A DNA stretch of 62,758 nucleotides, counting the filler, from Sphacelaria rigidula (Eukaryota), in the NCBI GenBank assembly GCA_964200075.2. It is 8 parts of 8 records of this genome, joined end to end, with 100 filler letters (N's around TTAATTAATTAA, not from the genome) between each part and the next. Parts side by side here need not be neighbours in the genome. Positions count along the whole stretch, not along the records: positions 7,859 to 15,616 come from CAXNAA020013552.1; positions 15,717 to 23,474 come from CAXNAA020013553.1; positions 23,575 to 31,331 come from CAXNAA020013554.1; 5 more parts are not named here. The stretch is one strand, 5' to 3'. The translations under genes and the position numbers were made by a program. Shown one piece after another: positions 12,901 to 24,635 of this stretch. The notes beneath the pieces were generated by a model, which saw only the letters and a program-made list of their open reading frames with translations, was not told the DNA's origin and did no database searches. Numbering within the stretch: position 1 is the stretch's first letter; the number at the start of each line of letters is the position of its first letter.

Positions 12901-14297
12901 CACCCGGCATCGACGGTAGCTGACTTCAGCTTACGCTTGGAATAATGATGGATTTCCTTTTTAAGCAATGGTGTCGTCCGTACAAACGTCCACGCAACGA
13001 GATACAAGGCCGTGAGTCTATTCGGTCTCCATCACCGCAAACAAAGCACATGTATGGCAAGCTGGCCGTAATGGCAAACTAGCAGATGACGTTTCTTCAG
13101 CATAGTACGTTGCCGCTGCGGTGAACACCTCTTTCGGAAAGTACCGTGTGGAAGTGGCGATCCATGCAGTGAGTCTGGATACGTTGACGGGAACATGGGT
13201 CGAAACTCCTCACCACAGATCGACCGAGAAGGTTACCCTAAAGCGCTCTGGCTACAATTAGAAAAATGGCGTCATGAAGTAGGCGGATGAAGTGTAGAAT
13301 ATTGCCAAAATATTATGTTGTGGAAAATCGCCCCCACCTACACATATTTTTGTATGCATATTTCAGCAGGGTTAACCTAAAAGCAAATACAGGTCAAGAC
13401 AAGGAATCGCACTCGTCAAATAGTGTACGTGAACTCGATGCTACCGGCGGTGAAGACTCGAGTTTTGTCAGGGGAGGCACACCTATCACGTACAGAATTG
13501 GACTCGGATACCGTTTCTCCACGATAGTCTACATCCAGCACGTGGTGGACAATGATGCATGTGGTCGGGGAAAAGAACAACTAGTGCACGGACGTGAATG
13601 TATTCTAGTTTTCAAGGGGGACGAAGGCCATGGCGATGTAAAACTTGAACCCTTGACTGTCGCCGAAGATAGATGCTGGCTGAAAGTGATCAATTTTTGT
13701 GTACGCATGATGCCAACCCTCGTGCAATGCGGTCTGTTCTCAGGGTAGCGTTGAGGAGGCAGCCAGAAGCAGGAAGTTCGAGGCCAACCGTTCGGAGAGG
13801 TTGAGAAAAGAGGCCGCAGAGGTGAAGAGCTTGAGCGAAGGCGGTGGGAAGATGCGAGAGGTAAGCTATGGCTGGAGCTGCGGTGTTCCTGCTTATGTTG
13901 CCGCGCTTCTCATCGTCGTCCTCGTTGTTGTCAATGCTATGTTCTGTTTTGTTCCATCGCTGTCTCTATGCGCAGTATGTACAAGCACACGGCGGCGACT
14001 ATGCGTTACTTTTTCCCACAATGCCTGAATTATTCATCAGACGCATTGTGATGTGAGTGCCATTTTCTGTCACCGGGACATGCACGAAGAGAGTATGTCG
14101 ACATATAAGTTCCTCCGTCATGCCAAAAATAATCTGGTCCGATTCTGTGTCGTATGCACTTTTCCTGTTCGCAGGACGATGTGTACGAGGGCATGGGTTT
14201 CGATATGGAGCAGGACAGACCGATGGTCAGGAGAGGGAGATCCAAGCGCAACCGTGCCGGTGGAATGGGCGGTGACTATCGCCCGAGAAACAAGTAA
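9981..14297 (+). CDS. CSN7: COP9 signalosome subunit 7 (PCI domain), complete, 262 aa
   Basis: Exons 9981-10124, 10772-10885, 11576-11758, 12239-12346, 13744-13860, 14175-14297; all GT-AG and phase 0. Motifs typical of CSN7: [77 protein letters not shown]. Confidence 0.93.
11360..11472 (+). mobile_element. 3' fragment of the tRNA-derived SINE, in CSN7 intron 2
   Basis: CCTTCCTCCTGTGTGACCCCGGCTG...CCGAAAGGTG...GGATGACAACAC followed by a (CA)n tail, as in the copy at 24852-25210. Confidence 0.8.
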
Positions 14298-14739
14298 CGG
14301 CCCCTGGTTTCCTCCGTTCTTTGCTGTGACTGTTTTTGTGTATTTCCTGTTGTTACCTAGTCCACGGGAGCACGCCCTGGGTTGTTCCACGACTACAAAC
14401 ATCGAGTTGCAGCCGGTTCAACTTCCTTGTATGCATCATGTCGGGCGCGTGGAGGCATGCCGATAAGCTGGCAAAGTGCGGGCTCCTGAGGCTTGGCGTG
14501 GTGTTTGGATTGGCTGGCCGTACTGGGGGTGCGTGTTTGTACATGTAGATAGGCGTTGCTTCAGTTTGTCGGCAGAAAGTGGTGGTCATTTGAATGTAGT
14601 GTACTGTAGTCATGTTTCTTGTTTTCTTCCGTCGAGCCTGATAGGGTAATGAGTACTTGACTGATGGATCGGTGGGGGGAGTCAGAAGTTCGGGTTGGCA
14701 AACGCAGCGTTACTGCTTGAAAGTTTGTGTGAGGAAAGT

Positions 14740-15088
14740 GATCAATTGGAGCGACCTAAAGTATTGGTCGTTTATCTATGGCTGATTTCTTCGAGAAAAC
14801 TAACGACAACGCTAACTCTAACCTTAACCCCGACCCAAGGCGTACGAGTACGAGAACCTCGAGTAAGGGGGGTGCATAGGTTCCCCTAAGCAAAGTGTGT
14901 GTTGGCAGACCTCAAATCGACGCCGCAGGCGCCGATCTCCACAAAAACACGTTCTGGACGAGCTGGGTCCACTGCTCACCTGCCCCAAACCATGAACTTT
15001 CTCAGAGCTCTCTCAAGTCCAAAATCAAGTAGTCATGTTGTCAACCATATATATACGACCAAATCTTTAGGTCAACTGGATCAATTAT
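14740..15088. mobile_element. TIR element/MITE with an internal telomere-like tract
   Basis: GACCTAAAGTATTGGTCGTTTATCTATGGCTGA pairs with TCAACCATATATATACGACCAAATCTTTAGGTC; internal CTAACTCTAACCTTAACCCC. Confidence 0.6.
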
Positions 15089-15256
15089 AGTGCTCGACAT
15101 CCGCCAACGCGTTCACTGCTTTCGTGTTGGTCTCATCTTGTGTGCGGTTGGAGTGGAACGACGAAGCCTCGGTTCGTTTCTGCGGGGTAATATGCACCTC
15201 TACGAAATCCTTATCATAGTCGTTGTATCTGGCATCTAAGTAGGCAGTTGACCTCG

Positions 15257-15442
15257 TCAAGTGGAACCTCTCTTATCATTAACATCCAGAGGCTTCATTT
15301 TGGCCAAGGCCATCTCGAACAGTTTCATGAAGACCGTGGTCACGCTTGCCCCCGAGCTTGCAGACGTTTCGAAGTACTGGCAACCGTGGTCTGCTGCCCA
15401 CTTCGCACCCTCCTCCTCGCTCACCACCCGCCGTTTGTCGAT
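15257..15442 (-). CDS. Last exon of a Ras-superfamily small GTPase, RJL/RBJ(DNAJC27)-like; rest of gene outside the contig
   Basis: AG|IDKRRVVSEEEGAKWAADHGCQYFETSASSGASVTTVFMKLFE...stop. Contains the end of G4 and the G5 motif (YFETSA); no C-terminal prenylation cysteines. Confidence 0.8.
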   Translation of the reverse strand: MDKRRVVSEEEGAKWAADHGCQYFETSASSGASVTTVFMKLFEMALAKMKPLDVNDKRGST

Positions 15443-15716
15443 CTTGAACACGCATGGTTTGGTGCGATTTCGAGGCGAGAGTGGAAAGGGTGAAAACTAT
15501 TGGCTTGGTTGAGGCCATCGGATGGAATATTTGGGAGTCATCCGACGATAGGGGAGGGGGGTATTTTGGGCCATTTGTTGCTCGAATTTTCGAGGCAGAT
15601 CGTCTTTGAAAGCAGCNNNNNNNNNNNNNNNNNNNNNNNNNNNNNNNNNNNNNNNNNNNNTTAATTAATTAANNNNNNNNNNNNNNNNNNNNNNNNNNNN
15701 NNNNNNNNNNNNNNNN

Positions 15717-15908
15717 TTTTCATCGCGAAAGGGATTTAGCAGTCACTTTCCCTCATCGACCGTCAAGTCGAACTTTGTGTACCCACGACATAGTCGCTCT
15801 CCACTGTTGGGCATTGTGTGAGAAAAAAAAATGCCAGATTGCTTCGAGAGTTGAACCCACGACCTAATCGTCAGAAGGTGTCGGGTTTACCAACCGAGCC
15901 ACCGGGGT
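15717..15908 (-). mobile_element. tRNA-derived SINE, 5' half
   Basis: Minus strand reads CCCCGGTGGCTCGGTTGG (box A) ... GTGGGTTCAACTC (box B-like), then the SINE body. Confidence 0.8.
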
Positions 15909-16135
15909 GTACAAAAAATTCGACGTCATGGTCGACGAGGGAAAGGGATTCCTGAACCCCTCTCAAGATGAAAAATAAGGTGAGCACCGAAGGACGAAGA
16001 TGGGACACTGAAACAAGAGAAAACAAAACATACTCCAGCGGTCGCCTTCCTCCTGAGTGACCCCGGCTGATGCGCCTACATATTATTGTAAACTGGCGGG
16101 CAGGAAAGACGGGATGACAAAACACACACACGCAC
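15909..16135 (+). mobile_element. tRNA-derived SINE, 5'-truncated, opposite orientation to its neighbour
   Basis: ACAAAAAATTCGAC...GTCGACGAGGGAAAG...TGACCCCGGCTGATGCGCC...GGGATGACAAAAC(AC)n. Confidence 0.75.
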
Positions 16136-16408
16136 AAACATACGTGTATGATACGAATACCATGAAAAAAAAATACCGATGTGGCGAATCAGTCGGGAGC
16201 TTTTGGGATCGGGTCGATGGCCATCGTGGGGCGCCATTATCTAGAGGATATATATGCCACGTACGCACAACAGTTGTAGCGACATGGGCTCAATGGGGAA
16301 ACCAATCCAGTACACTAGTTCAATTTTATCGGAACTGATTCTGTATCGGTAACTCACCGTGAGCGTTGTCCTGCACTTCTATATGAGGTACTATCGCTGA
16401 ACTATCGC

Positions 16409-16650
16409 GTTGTTGTTGTTGTTGTTGTTGTTGTTGTAGCGCGAGAGGGTTTCGTCGTTTGTGCTCGACTCTGGCTTGGAAGGCCTACGGTTCAGTACGC
16501 AAAGTAACCCCGGTACTGACTGTCAACACGTGATGTCGGACAGGGGTGTTCAACAGCTAGTGTTGGAACGACAAGCGCCGGTTTCTTTGGTGACGTTGGG
16601 TCACAACGACCCTTCGCCTAACACAGCCGGGGCAACTTTGAAATCTACAA
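16409..16650 (-). mobile_element. Probable retroposon 3' end with (CAA)n tail
   Basis: (TTG)n at 16410-16436 abuts a unique GC-rich segment. The left boundary is defined by the tail; the right boundary is uncertain. Confidence 0.35.
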
Positions 16651-19600
16651 GAAGTACACTAGTACTGATTGCAGCGCTTCCTGCATGGCCACAACATTAG
16701 TACAGACAGCACCGTCCATCAGGAGAACACAGCGGACAAGCAATTGGCCCCGTTTTCGACCCTCACAGGATGGGTCTAAGCGGGTCTTCCTCTGTTCGGC
16801 GCACATGAATGATGGTTGATGATACAGTTTCGAAGTTTCTGTAACATCGCTACGGCGGTGTCTCATCTACACAAAAAAAGAGAGGGTAGGCTCTTTAGCC
16901 AGTAGAGCTTCAGCTGTGGGCGAAAATTAATGGTTGACAACGATCACTTGATTTTAGATTGATTCAGATCTTGAGAGGTGCTCAGTGCTCCTGGCTTTTG
17001 CCATGTACGTGTTCTTGCCCAAATTGGTGCCTGCGGCGTCGAAAAGCTAGTAAAGGTCGCCTCAAAGAGAAGCGGCAAAAATAATAAGCGCCCAAACGCA
17101 GCAAGTTCATTCGTTGCCGTTTATCGGGACCAAAGAAATGAGCGGGAAAAGGAACAAGCGTCTAGAACAAGCATGTTGATCTATCGGCGGGCGGGTCCAT
17201 GGTTGCGGCGATTTATCAACATGCTGCTTTCGGACGCTTGTTCCTGGTCCCGTTTCATTTTTCGGTCTCGATAGAGGTATCCTCAAACTCGAGGTGCACG
17301 GTATATTTCACAGTAATATACAGTTCTGTGTACAGTTTGGAGGATTGCTTAGTGCTTAGACGTACAACGCACTACTAAAGCCGCATCGCATGCGCGCGCG
17401 CACACACACCTGTGATACTTATAAAAGTCTTGGTCTTGGAACCTTCGAGAAGCTTTGAACTTTGAACTCTGCAAAGAGAAAAATATGGGACACGAACAAC
17501 CCTACAGACAGCACCACCATGGAAAATCACGCCACCGAACAATCTCTACTGTACTGTTGTCGGCCACATTGTGCAGATAGTGTTGCACACCGGACTACCG
17601 TTGGATGTGCGGTACACAGATCGTAACGCTCAGCAATGACCATAATGTGAGACTTCACGATTGGGCTCGCGGCACAATCTCCATCACTTGCTGACGTGCT
17701 TTCCTTGTCCATCTGGTTCACTCACCCACATTGCATGTACGTATTCTCGTAACTACGAATACTGTGAGAAAATAAATCCAGCGTTCAATCGCCAATCCGG
17801 CTCATCTGTTTTCACCGGGATACTGAGGGCTTCACCATTATGCGTGGATCGTTCGAGCTTGAGCGGTTCTCCACATTACACACTTGCCTTGCCGCGCGGT
17901 CACGGGACCACAAATCCCGCTCCAACAGACGAAACCAACAATGACATGTATGGCATTATGATGGACAGCGGTGTTCCACAGCAAGTATGAAAAAACCCGA
18001 CCGACTTCAACCCCTGACTGCCAAGCAAGGTGGTCCATCTAATCTTCCAAAAAAATACTGCTCGATCGGCAGATTGCCGGCCGTGCTGGCGGCCGAACGG
18101 TTTGATCAACACCCTCTGTCTGATCTTCAGGGTGGGTCATGCGGGTCTTATTCCTCTGACCGCCAAACAGGGTCACCTTGGTCATGTATTGACTCATCAA
18201 GCAAAGGTGATGCCGATTCAACAGATGCCGCATAGTGGAGGTGAAAGGTTCTTGTTACTGAGTTGAAAATAACTGATGCCGATTCGACGAATGACATATA
18301 TTTGGGTGCTGCGGATGGTCAACAGCAATATCAAGTGGAAAGAGGACGGTCGTGTGTGAAGAGAGTGGGGGTGGGGAGGGGTGCACTGCTGATTAAACTT
18401 TTGCGCACGACATTGCAAGAGCCATGCAGTAAAGATTTTCGACATGAACAGAATGGGACGCCGGCGAAATTACGAGTCCATCATATTTACACGGCACGTC
18501 GCGCAGAACCAACGACACCCGAACTGCTGCTTCACCCCCGTCTGTCGAAAATGGGAGACATTGACTCTATGGTTGATGAGAGTCCGTTCGTGTTCGTGTG
18601 GTGACCTATTTTCGGTCTGCTCATTTGCTACTCCACTACAGCACGGTGCAGAACAAAACATAACACAACAAAACCGTAGTGAGAGAAGCTCGTGAACAGC
18701 ACCCGGCAGAGCCGGCTGAAGGACAATAATCCACGACGACTCAGAAGTATGTTGTGGTGTGTGCATGTGGTTATAAGAGGCGACTAAATCCACAACACAG
18801 CAAACCAGCATACCATATGATTTATGGAGCACTCTCGGGGTTGAAACTCAAGTGCACCGAACTGTCTCACTCTAGTTATTCTTGGCCCGGCAAATATGAA
18901 TCTTTGAGGTACAATAGTCAGCGGACCTGTTCTCAACACTCCGCACTCGGGTGCTACTTACCATCTGTTACCGCAGACCACAGGCGGATATCAAAAGTCG
19001 GACGAAGACGGCGGACAGAAGTGCTCCGGGGAATGGGGCACGTCAGGTCGAACAAGTATAGGCTAAGAGAAGGGAGTATACACTATATTGTGATGTCTAC
19101 AGCTTACGTGGTCGCAGCTTGTTGGAATTCGGGGTGATTCCTAGCTCGCGCAGCCTTCTGCAGGTGCTTCGGAGATCAATGTGTATGAATTGCACTGGAC
19201 CGGGAACACACTCCAAGACGCAATCACGACCTTAATAGAGACCTTGCAAGGTGCAACCGAGATACTTTGGCGTGCAACAGCGAGGAGCGAAGGTCTCACC
19301 GACAGTACACCAACTGCAGCACGGCAAGTACAGGGGTATGCCCGTACTCGCATATAACCTGAACCCTCAGCTGTACAATGGAGCGCAACAGAGGGTGATC
19401 GATGCTATTTGTGCCACATCACTGACATACTTGGGTCTCTGGCTACCGTTGGTCTCTTTGTAGATTGATCTGACTACTTTCAACAGTCAGTAGAGTAGTA
19501 GAGTAGGGTACACCGTCAACATGACACAAAGGATTGTCCCAGACGCAGGCGTGGAAGGCCTACTACCTCGTGATGTTCCAGCTACTTGATAACGCAGATC

Positions 19601-21704
19601 GTTCTACCAGCAGGTTCCTAGAGTTCATCACACCACATGAAAAATGAAACTACCTGGAGCTCAGCTAGCTCGATACGAGGAAGATGTCGACTCGGCACAC
19701 CAACATCCCCGACCGACCTACGGGCAAACATGTATGCGCGAGAAGTATATGCCTGTCGGGGGGTGCTGAAAAATTGGATACGCTACTGACCAGTAGCGAG
19801 GCCTGAATACTGTGATCCTGCAATCTCATCTGACCATGCGATGCGCCGTACAAAACGGGTGGTACGGTGCGGTACTGTCTGTACTGCCTGAACTCCGTAC
19901 TGTACGCAGTTGTCATCCACAGGCGTCCTGCACAACGCCTATCACAGACTAACACAAAATACTTCATGTCGGGTGGCTGAAGAGGTCAACCGGGAGATCA
20001 CTCCTAGGTTTGCAGTAACGGGGTCTTGTGTGTCGATCTCAACATCTTCCCTGAGGCAACGAACATTCTCGGTGCCGTTCGTCCAGCGTCCGAGTCATAC
20101 ACGAAATCTCACACAGCTTGGTCGGCATGAAATTTGAAACATCTTGCTTGAACTTCCCACAATAATCCTTTTGCAACTACTGCGGTAGGTTCCGCGATCA
20201 GCGCGAGAAGGAGGAGCTGCAGTCTCCCGTCTCCAGGGGTAATCACGATACAACAAGTACTCCGCCGTCTACGCTACTTTAGCCCGAATTGCGATCACCA
20301 TCGAGAAACCAAGCACAGCACATACCCCTCCTACCAAAGGAGAGAGGAACAGATGGGGTAGCCTGTATCTGCGGTTTAAATTTCGTTCATTCAACTTTAT
20401 TTTTGGGAGAGTGTCGAACACTGCACATCCCGGACTTCCTCTCAATCTCAACCTCAACTGTGCACTCGGAGTGGCCTGGACGCGCACATCAACCGATGCG
20501 TAACAACTCGCAGCTTACTCTACAAGCCCCATGCCACCCAAAGATCACCGGCACCCCGCAAAAGAGCACCGACACTTCCGCATAACATTTCTATGGCATC
20601 GACTCTGCCGCACCACCGCTCTCTCAAGTAACGTATAGGTTTCGATAATCCCTCGGCACACTCACCGTGTTCGTCCCTATCTCCTCCTTTTTCACTGCCC
20701 TCACAAGCCGGTTTGTTCCTCTCCTTTCAATCCACTGCCTTCTTGGCTGCAAGCAGCAGCGGTAGCAGCAGCAGCAACAACACCTCAATGCGGTTCCGAT
20801 CTGTATCTTGCTTGCTACGAACCCGTCTTATCCGTCCAGCTTACGTTCGTTAGAGTACTGCACGGTAATGTACAACAGAAAGAATAGGCTGCTTCTGAGC
20901 TCTGCTGCTTTCTTGCCACCCTCGTGTATGGTCTTGAGATAGAACTGAACGATAACGATGGATGGAAATATGAAACCGAAGAATGCGTTTGTGATACTTC
21001 GATACAGCATACACGAATACTTTGATGCAGTATACGAGATTTCGCCGTTCAGTTTTCAGTATTGTACATGGTTGGAAAGTTGACGTCACCACTTCTAGTT
21101 GCATTTAAGATCCTGAAAAATGTATCTTTATCGCCTCTTCCGTGCTTGTCGGTTTCGTTGAGAGAAAACGAAAATTCCCGAGGCATCTGCGTGCAAAACC
21201 CTGCTTGGATGTAATGAACTATTATACTGGGTCAGGCTATGCACAGCATCGTGTACAATGCAGTAAACACAACGAACAGCATTACAGCACTGCATAGCGA
21301 AGTAGACTAGGGGTAATCATAATCAAAATCCGTCCTGGTGCTCCAGTTTGTCAACGGAATATAGTCAGTGAGCGGAGCGGAGATTTGTTCTTCATTTTAC
21401 GGCGAGGGTGGATTATCTGTGTCTTGCACTCATCATTCAAGTAAACAAGGTGATGCCTCTTGAACAGAAGACCCGCCCCGGCCATCAAGGGGGTCGAGAA
21501 AGCTGCCGCCATCGCGCGGAAGCCGAGCTGCGGTGCCACTGAACCAACTCTACTGTTATATATAATCTATCATGTTCATGTAGAAGACCCAGAAGCACCC
21601 ACTGCACAGCTTGAAGCGGGTACATTTGGGGTACTTGAAGGGATGTGTGTGGCCCACTCAGGCAGGAAACAGCCGTCGGGAAGCATCGCAACAACAGTAC
21701 GATA

Positions 21705-22001
21705 GAGGTATCAAACTCGAGGTTCCCGACATATTTATCTGTAAATTACTTTGAAATATGCCGGGAATCTCGAGTTTAAAATAGGCTCGAGGTTCCCGAT
21801 ATATTTATCTGTGATTTGCTGTGAAATATGCCGGGAATCTCGAGTTTGAGATACCTCGACTGTGAAATACCTCGCGAATCTTGAATTTGAGAGGTGAATA
21901 CTCTGAGGTTCCTCAAACTCGAGATTCCCGGTATACTCCAAAGTAATTTACAGATGAACATAATATCGGAACCTCGAGTTTGAGATGATACCTGATACCT
22001 C
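21705..22001. mobile_element. MITE family C with TA target duplication (Tc1/mariner-like)
   Basis: TA|GAGGTATC...GATACCTC|TA with internal direct and inverted copies of AAACTCGAG(G/A)TTCCCG.CATATTT; partial copy at 17272-17315. Confidence 0.75.
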
Positions 22002-22279
22002 TAATAACGGTTGGTTGCTTGTGGTGTCGATGTATGCACGTGATTAAACATGTATGTGTTCCGCCAACATGTATGCATACGGTATGTAGCGCAAGTAAGA
22101 GGAGTAGAGGGATTGATCGTTCAATCCGGTTGATGGTGCAAGAGTCTCCGATGGGTGGCACGGCCGATCTTCGTCGGCCACGTCCGTCCATCCTTCACAC
22201 ATCTCCATTCTGTCGACGCTTTCCTTTCGTATGTTGTTGGCGTTCTTTCCAGAGGTGCGCTCCAAAGGGTGTAATATAC

Positions 22280-22560
22280 CCTGTATTCATCTATAATTTG
22301 GAAGGATGCCATATCTCTTCATGCGCTCCGTCGCTGAGCTCGAAGAAATTGTCAGCGGCGCTGATTTATTTTCCGCTGCTGCTAGAGTCCGCCTCTAGGT
22401 CATCTCCAGCAGCCTGTAGTCTCTCTCGCAGCGCCAAACGGTAGCATTTTGCACCTTCTTCGAGATGGCGACCTGAGTTATCGCAGAGATCACTTGCCTG
22501 GTCCTTTCCAGCAGGAGTCCCTTTAGTTTTGCTGACACCCACGTTCTCTGGGGAGGGGCT
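22280..22560 (-). mobile_element. Decayed C-terminus of a non-LTR element (CRE/RLE-type, tentative)
   Basis: KGLLLERTRQVISAITQVAISKKVQ then, after a frameshift, LALRERLQ. Resembles from memory the C-terminal helix after the restriction-like endonuclease domain. Confidence 0.45.
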
Positions 22561-22562
22561 AC

Positions 22563-23474
22563 GATGAACCCAGCCCTCATCGAGGAGGTGAAGCAGCGAC
22601 CGGCAGCGTCAACCACCGGGGATTCAGTACCGCTCGGGGAAGCACCAATACTGGAGGAAACCAGACGACCAGTCCGGGGGATGCTCAACTGGAAAGCGCC
22701 AGGACACGACTCCCTCCCTGTGGAGCTACTCAAGATCGACGGCCGCGCCGAGCCCATCGTCCTCGAACGCTTCCATACCATTCTCGTCGAGGTGCGGAAC
22801 GGAGGGGAGGTCCCGCAGGAGTGGAAAGATGCAACCATCAAGGTGCTCTGTACAAGAAATCGGACCGGTCCAACTGCGATGACTACAGAGGGATCTCTCT
22901 GGTATCGCACGCAGGGAAAGTGCTCCTGAAGATAGTGGCCAACCGCCTCAGCGACTACTGCGAAACGCACGGGATATTACCCATGGAAGAGTGCGGCTTC
23001 CGACCTGACCGATCCACTGTCGACATGCTGTTCGTAGTGCGCCGGCCCCAGGAGCTGGGACGGCGGCGAAAAATACCGCTGTACATGTGCTTCGTCGACC
23101 TCCAGAAGGCATATGACTCGGTCGACCGAGGGGTTCTGTGGCAGGTACTGGCCCGAGCTGGTATTCCGAATGAGATGATAGCAGTTATCCGCCAATTCCA
23201 CGACGGTATAGAGGCCCGCGTACGCATGGACGACGGGGAGTTCTCGGAGTGGTTTGAAGTCACACAGGGACTGCGACAAGGATATGTTGTACTGTCTCCC
23301 CTGTTGTTCAACATCTTCTTTGCAGCAGTGCTCGAGATCGTCCTCGTGCGATTCAGCGAGGATAGTATCATCATCAAGGACATGGTATATCTCGATGAGG
23401 AGGCGGGGAGGGGGGCGGAGACACCGCTGGAACGTGTACGGAGAGCGGTGTGGGGAATGCTGTCTGCCGACGAT
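22563..23474 (+). mobile_element. RTE-like LINE reverse transcriptase fragment (frameshifted)
   Basis: [74 protein letters not shown]. Same family as 59525-62605. Confidence 0.93.
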
Positions 23475-23714
23475 NNNNNNNNNNNNNNNNNNNNNNNNNN
23501 NNNNNNNNNNNNNNNNNNTTAATTAATTAANNNNNNNNNNNNNNNNNNNNNNNNNNNNNNNNNNNNNNNNNNNNAGGCTCGCGATCAATCACCAAGCGCA
23601 AGCGCCGTGGTGTGTTCGGCGAGTCGCACGAAGGGTGAGCTGCATCCTGCTAAAATTGTTCGGCCCGAAGCGTACTGATTACCGTGCATATGGATGACAG
23701 CCGCAAATGACATG

Positions 23715-24110
23715 TCTCTCGGGCCCCAAAAAGTCATGACCCGGGAGTCGTGTACACAGTTCTGTAGGGTGTATCCGGGTATGTAGCACTTCACCCCCTC
23801 AATACCACACCCGTGTGATGAGTTATTGGGTCCCAAAAAATCATCATCCCGGGGTAGTATGTACCGTATCTTGGGCATCATACTGTACTGTATCTGGATA
23901 CGTGGAATATCACACCTCAATATACCATCCTCAGGTTCTAAGCTCTAGGAGTTCAACAGGTCATTATCCTGGGGTTGTGTGCACCGTACTCTAGGGCACC
24001 TACCTGCTGTACAAAATCTGGGTACGTAAAATATCACTCCCACAAATACCACCACCAGGTGATAAGCTACCGGGTCCCAAAAGGTCATCATCCTGGGGCT
24101 GTATTACCTA
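23715..24110. repeat. Degenerate minisatellite, 4 units of about 110-125 bp
   Basis: GG(T/C)CCCAAAA.GTCAT.A.CC.GGG motif at about 23721, 23828, 23958 and 24072. Confidence 0.6.
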
Positions 24111-24133
24111 GTAGGGTGGTAAGAAGTACTCAC

Positions 24134-24570
24134 GCTGTCTTCTGTCTCGCCTTCTTTGCCCGCCTCGGCCTGCGCCTTGGCTTTAGCCTTTGCCGCAGCC
24201 GCCGCCATGTTAGATTCCATTTTAGCGGGTGCTTCCAGGACATACCACATGTCGATAGGCTTTTTTGGGAGGGCGCGAGGGGGGGGAGGAGGAGGAAGGG
24301 TTCGCAAAAACAAAAACAAGAAACGCAAGCGTACGAGTTCAACATGAACACGAGTAAAAAAGAGCAGGAGAACGATTCAACATCATCGTCATCCATCATC
24401 GTCTTTGTCGGTATCATCAAAAAGTTTGGAGTCTGTACAGCAAGATAAGAGTTCCAGCTGCAATGTTTTCAAGTTCAATCGAGCACATGTTGATGGGGTG
24501 TTTCGCGGCGAAAACAAAGACAAGCAGGCGGGTTTGACAACACGAAAACAATACCTCGTCGTCGTCGTCG

Positions 24571-24635
<65 letters not shown>

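Noticed and set aside
16440..16520. Hammerhead on the minus strand (GTCG..CGAC GAAAC)
   Set aside because: A stem II-GAAA-like part is present, but the CTGANGA core is absent.
15717..21700. Upstream exons of the RJL-like GTPase or downstream exons of the C2 gene
   Set aside because: This is a different contig, and I found no G1-G3 motifs or convincing exon chain.
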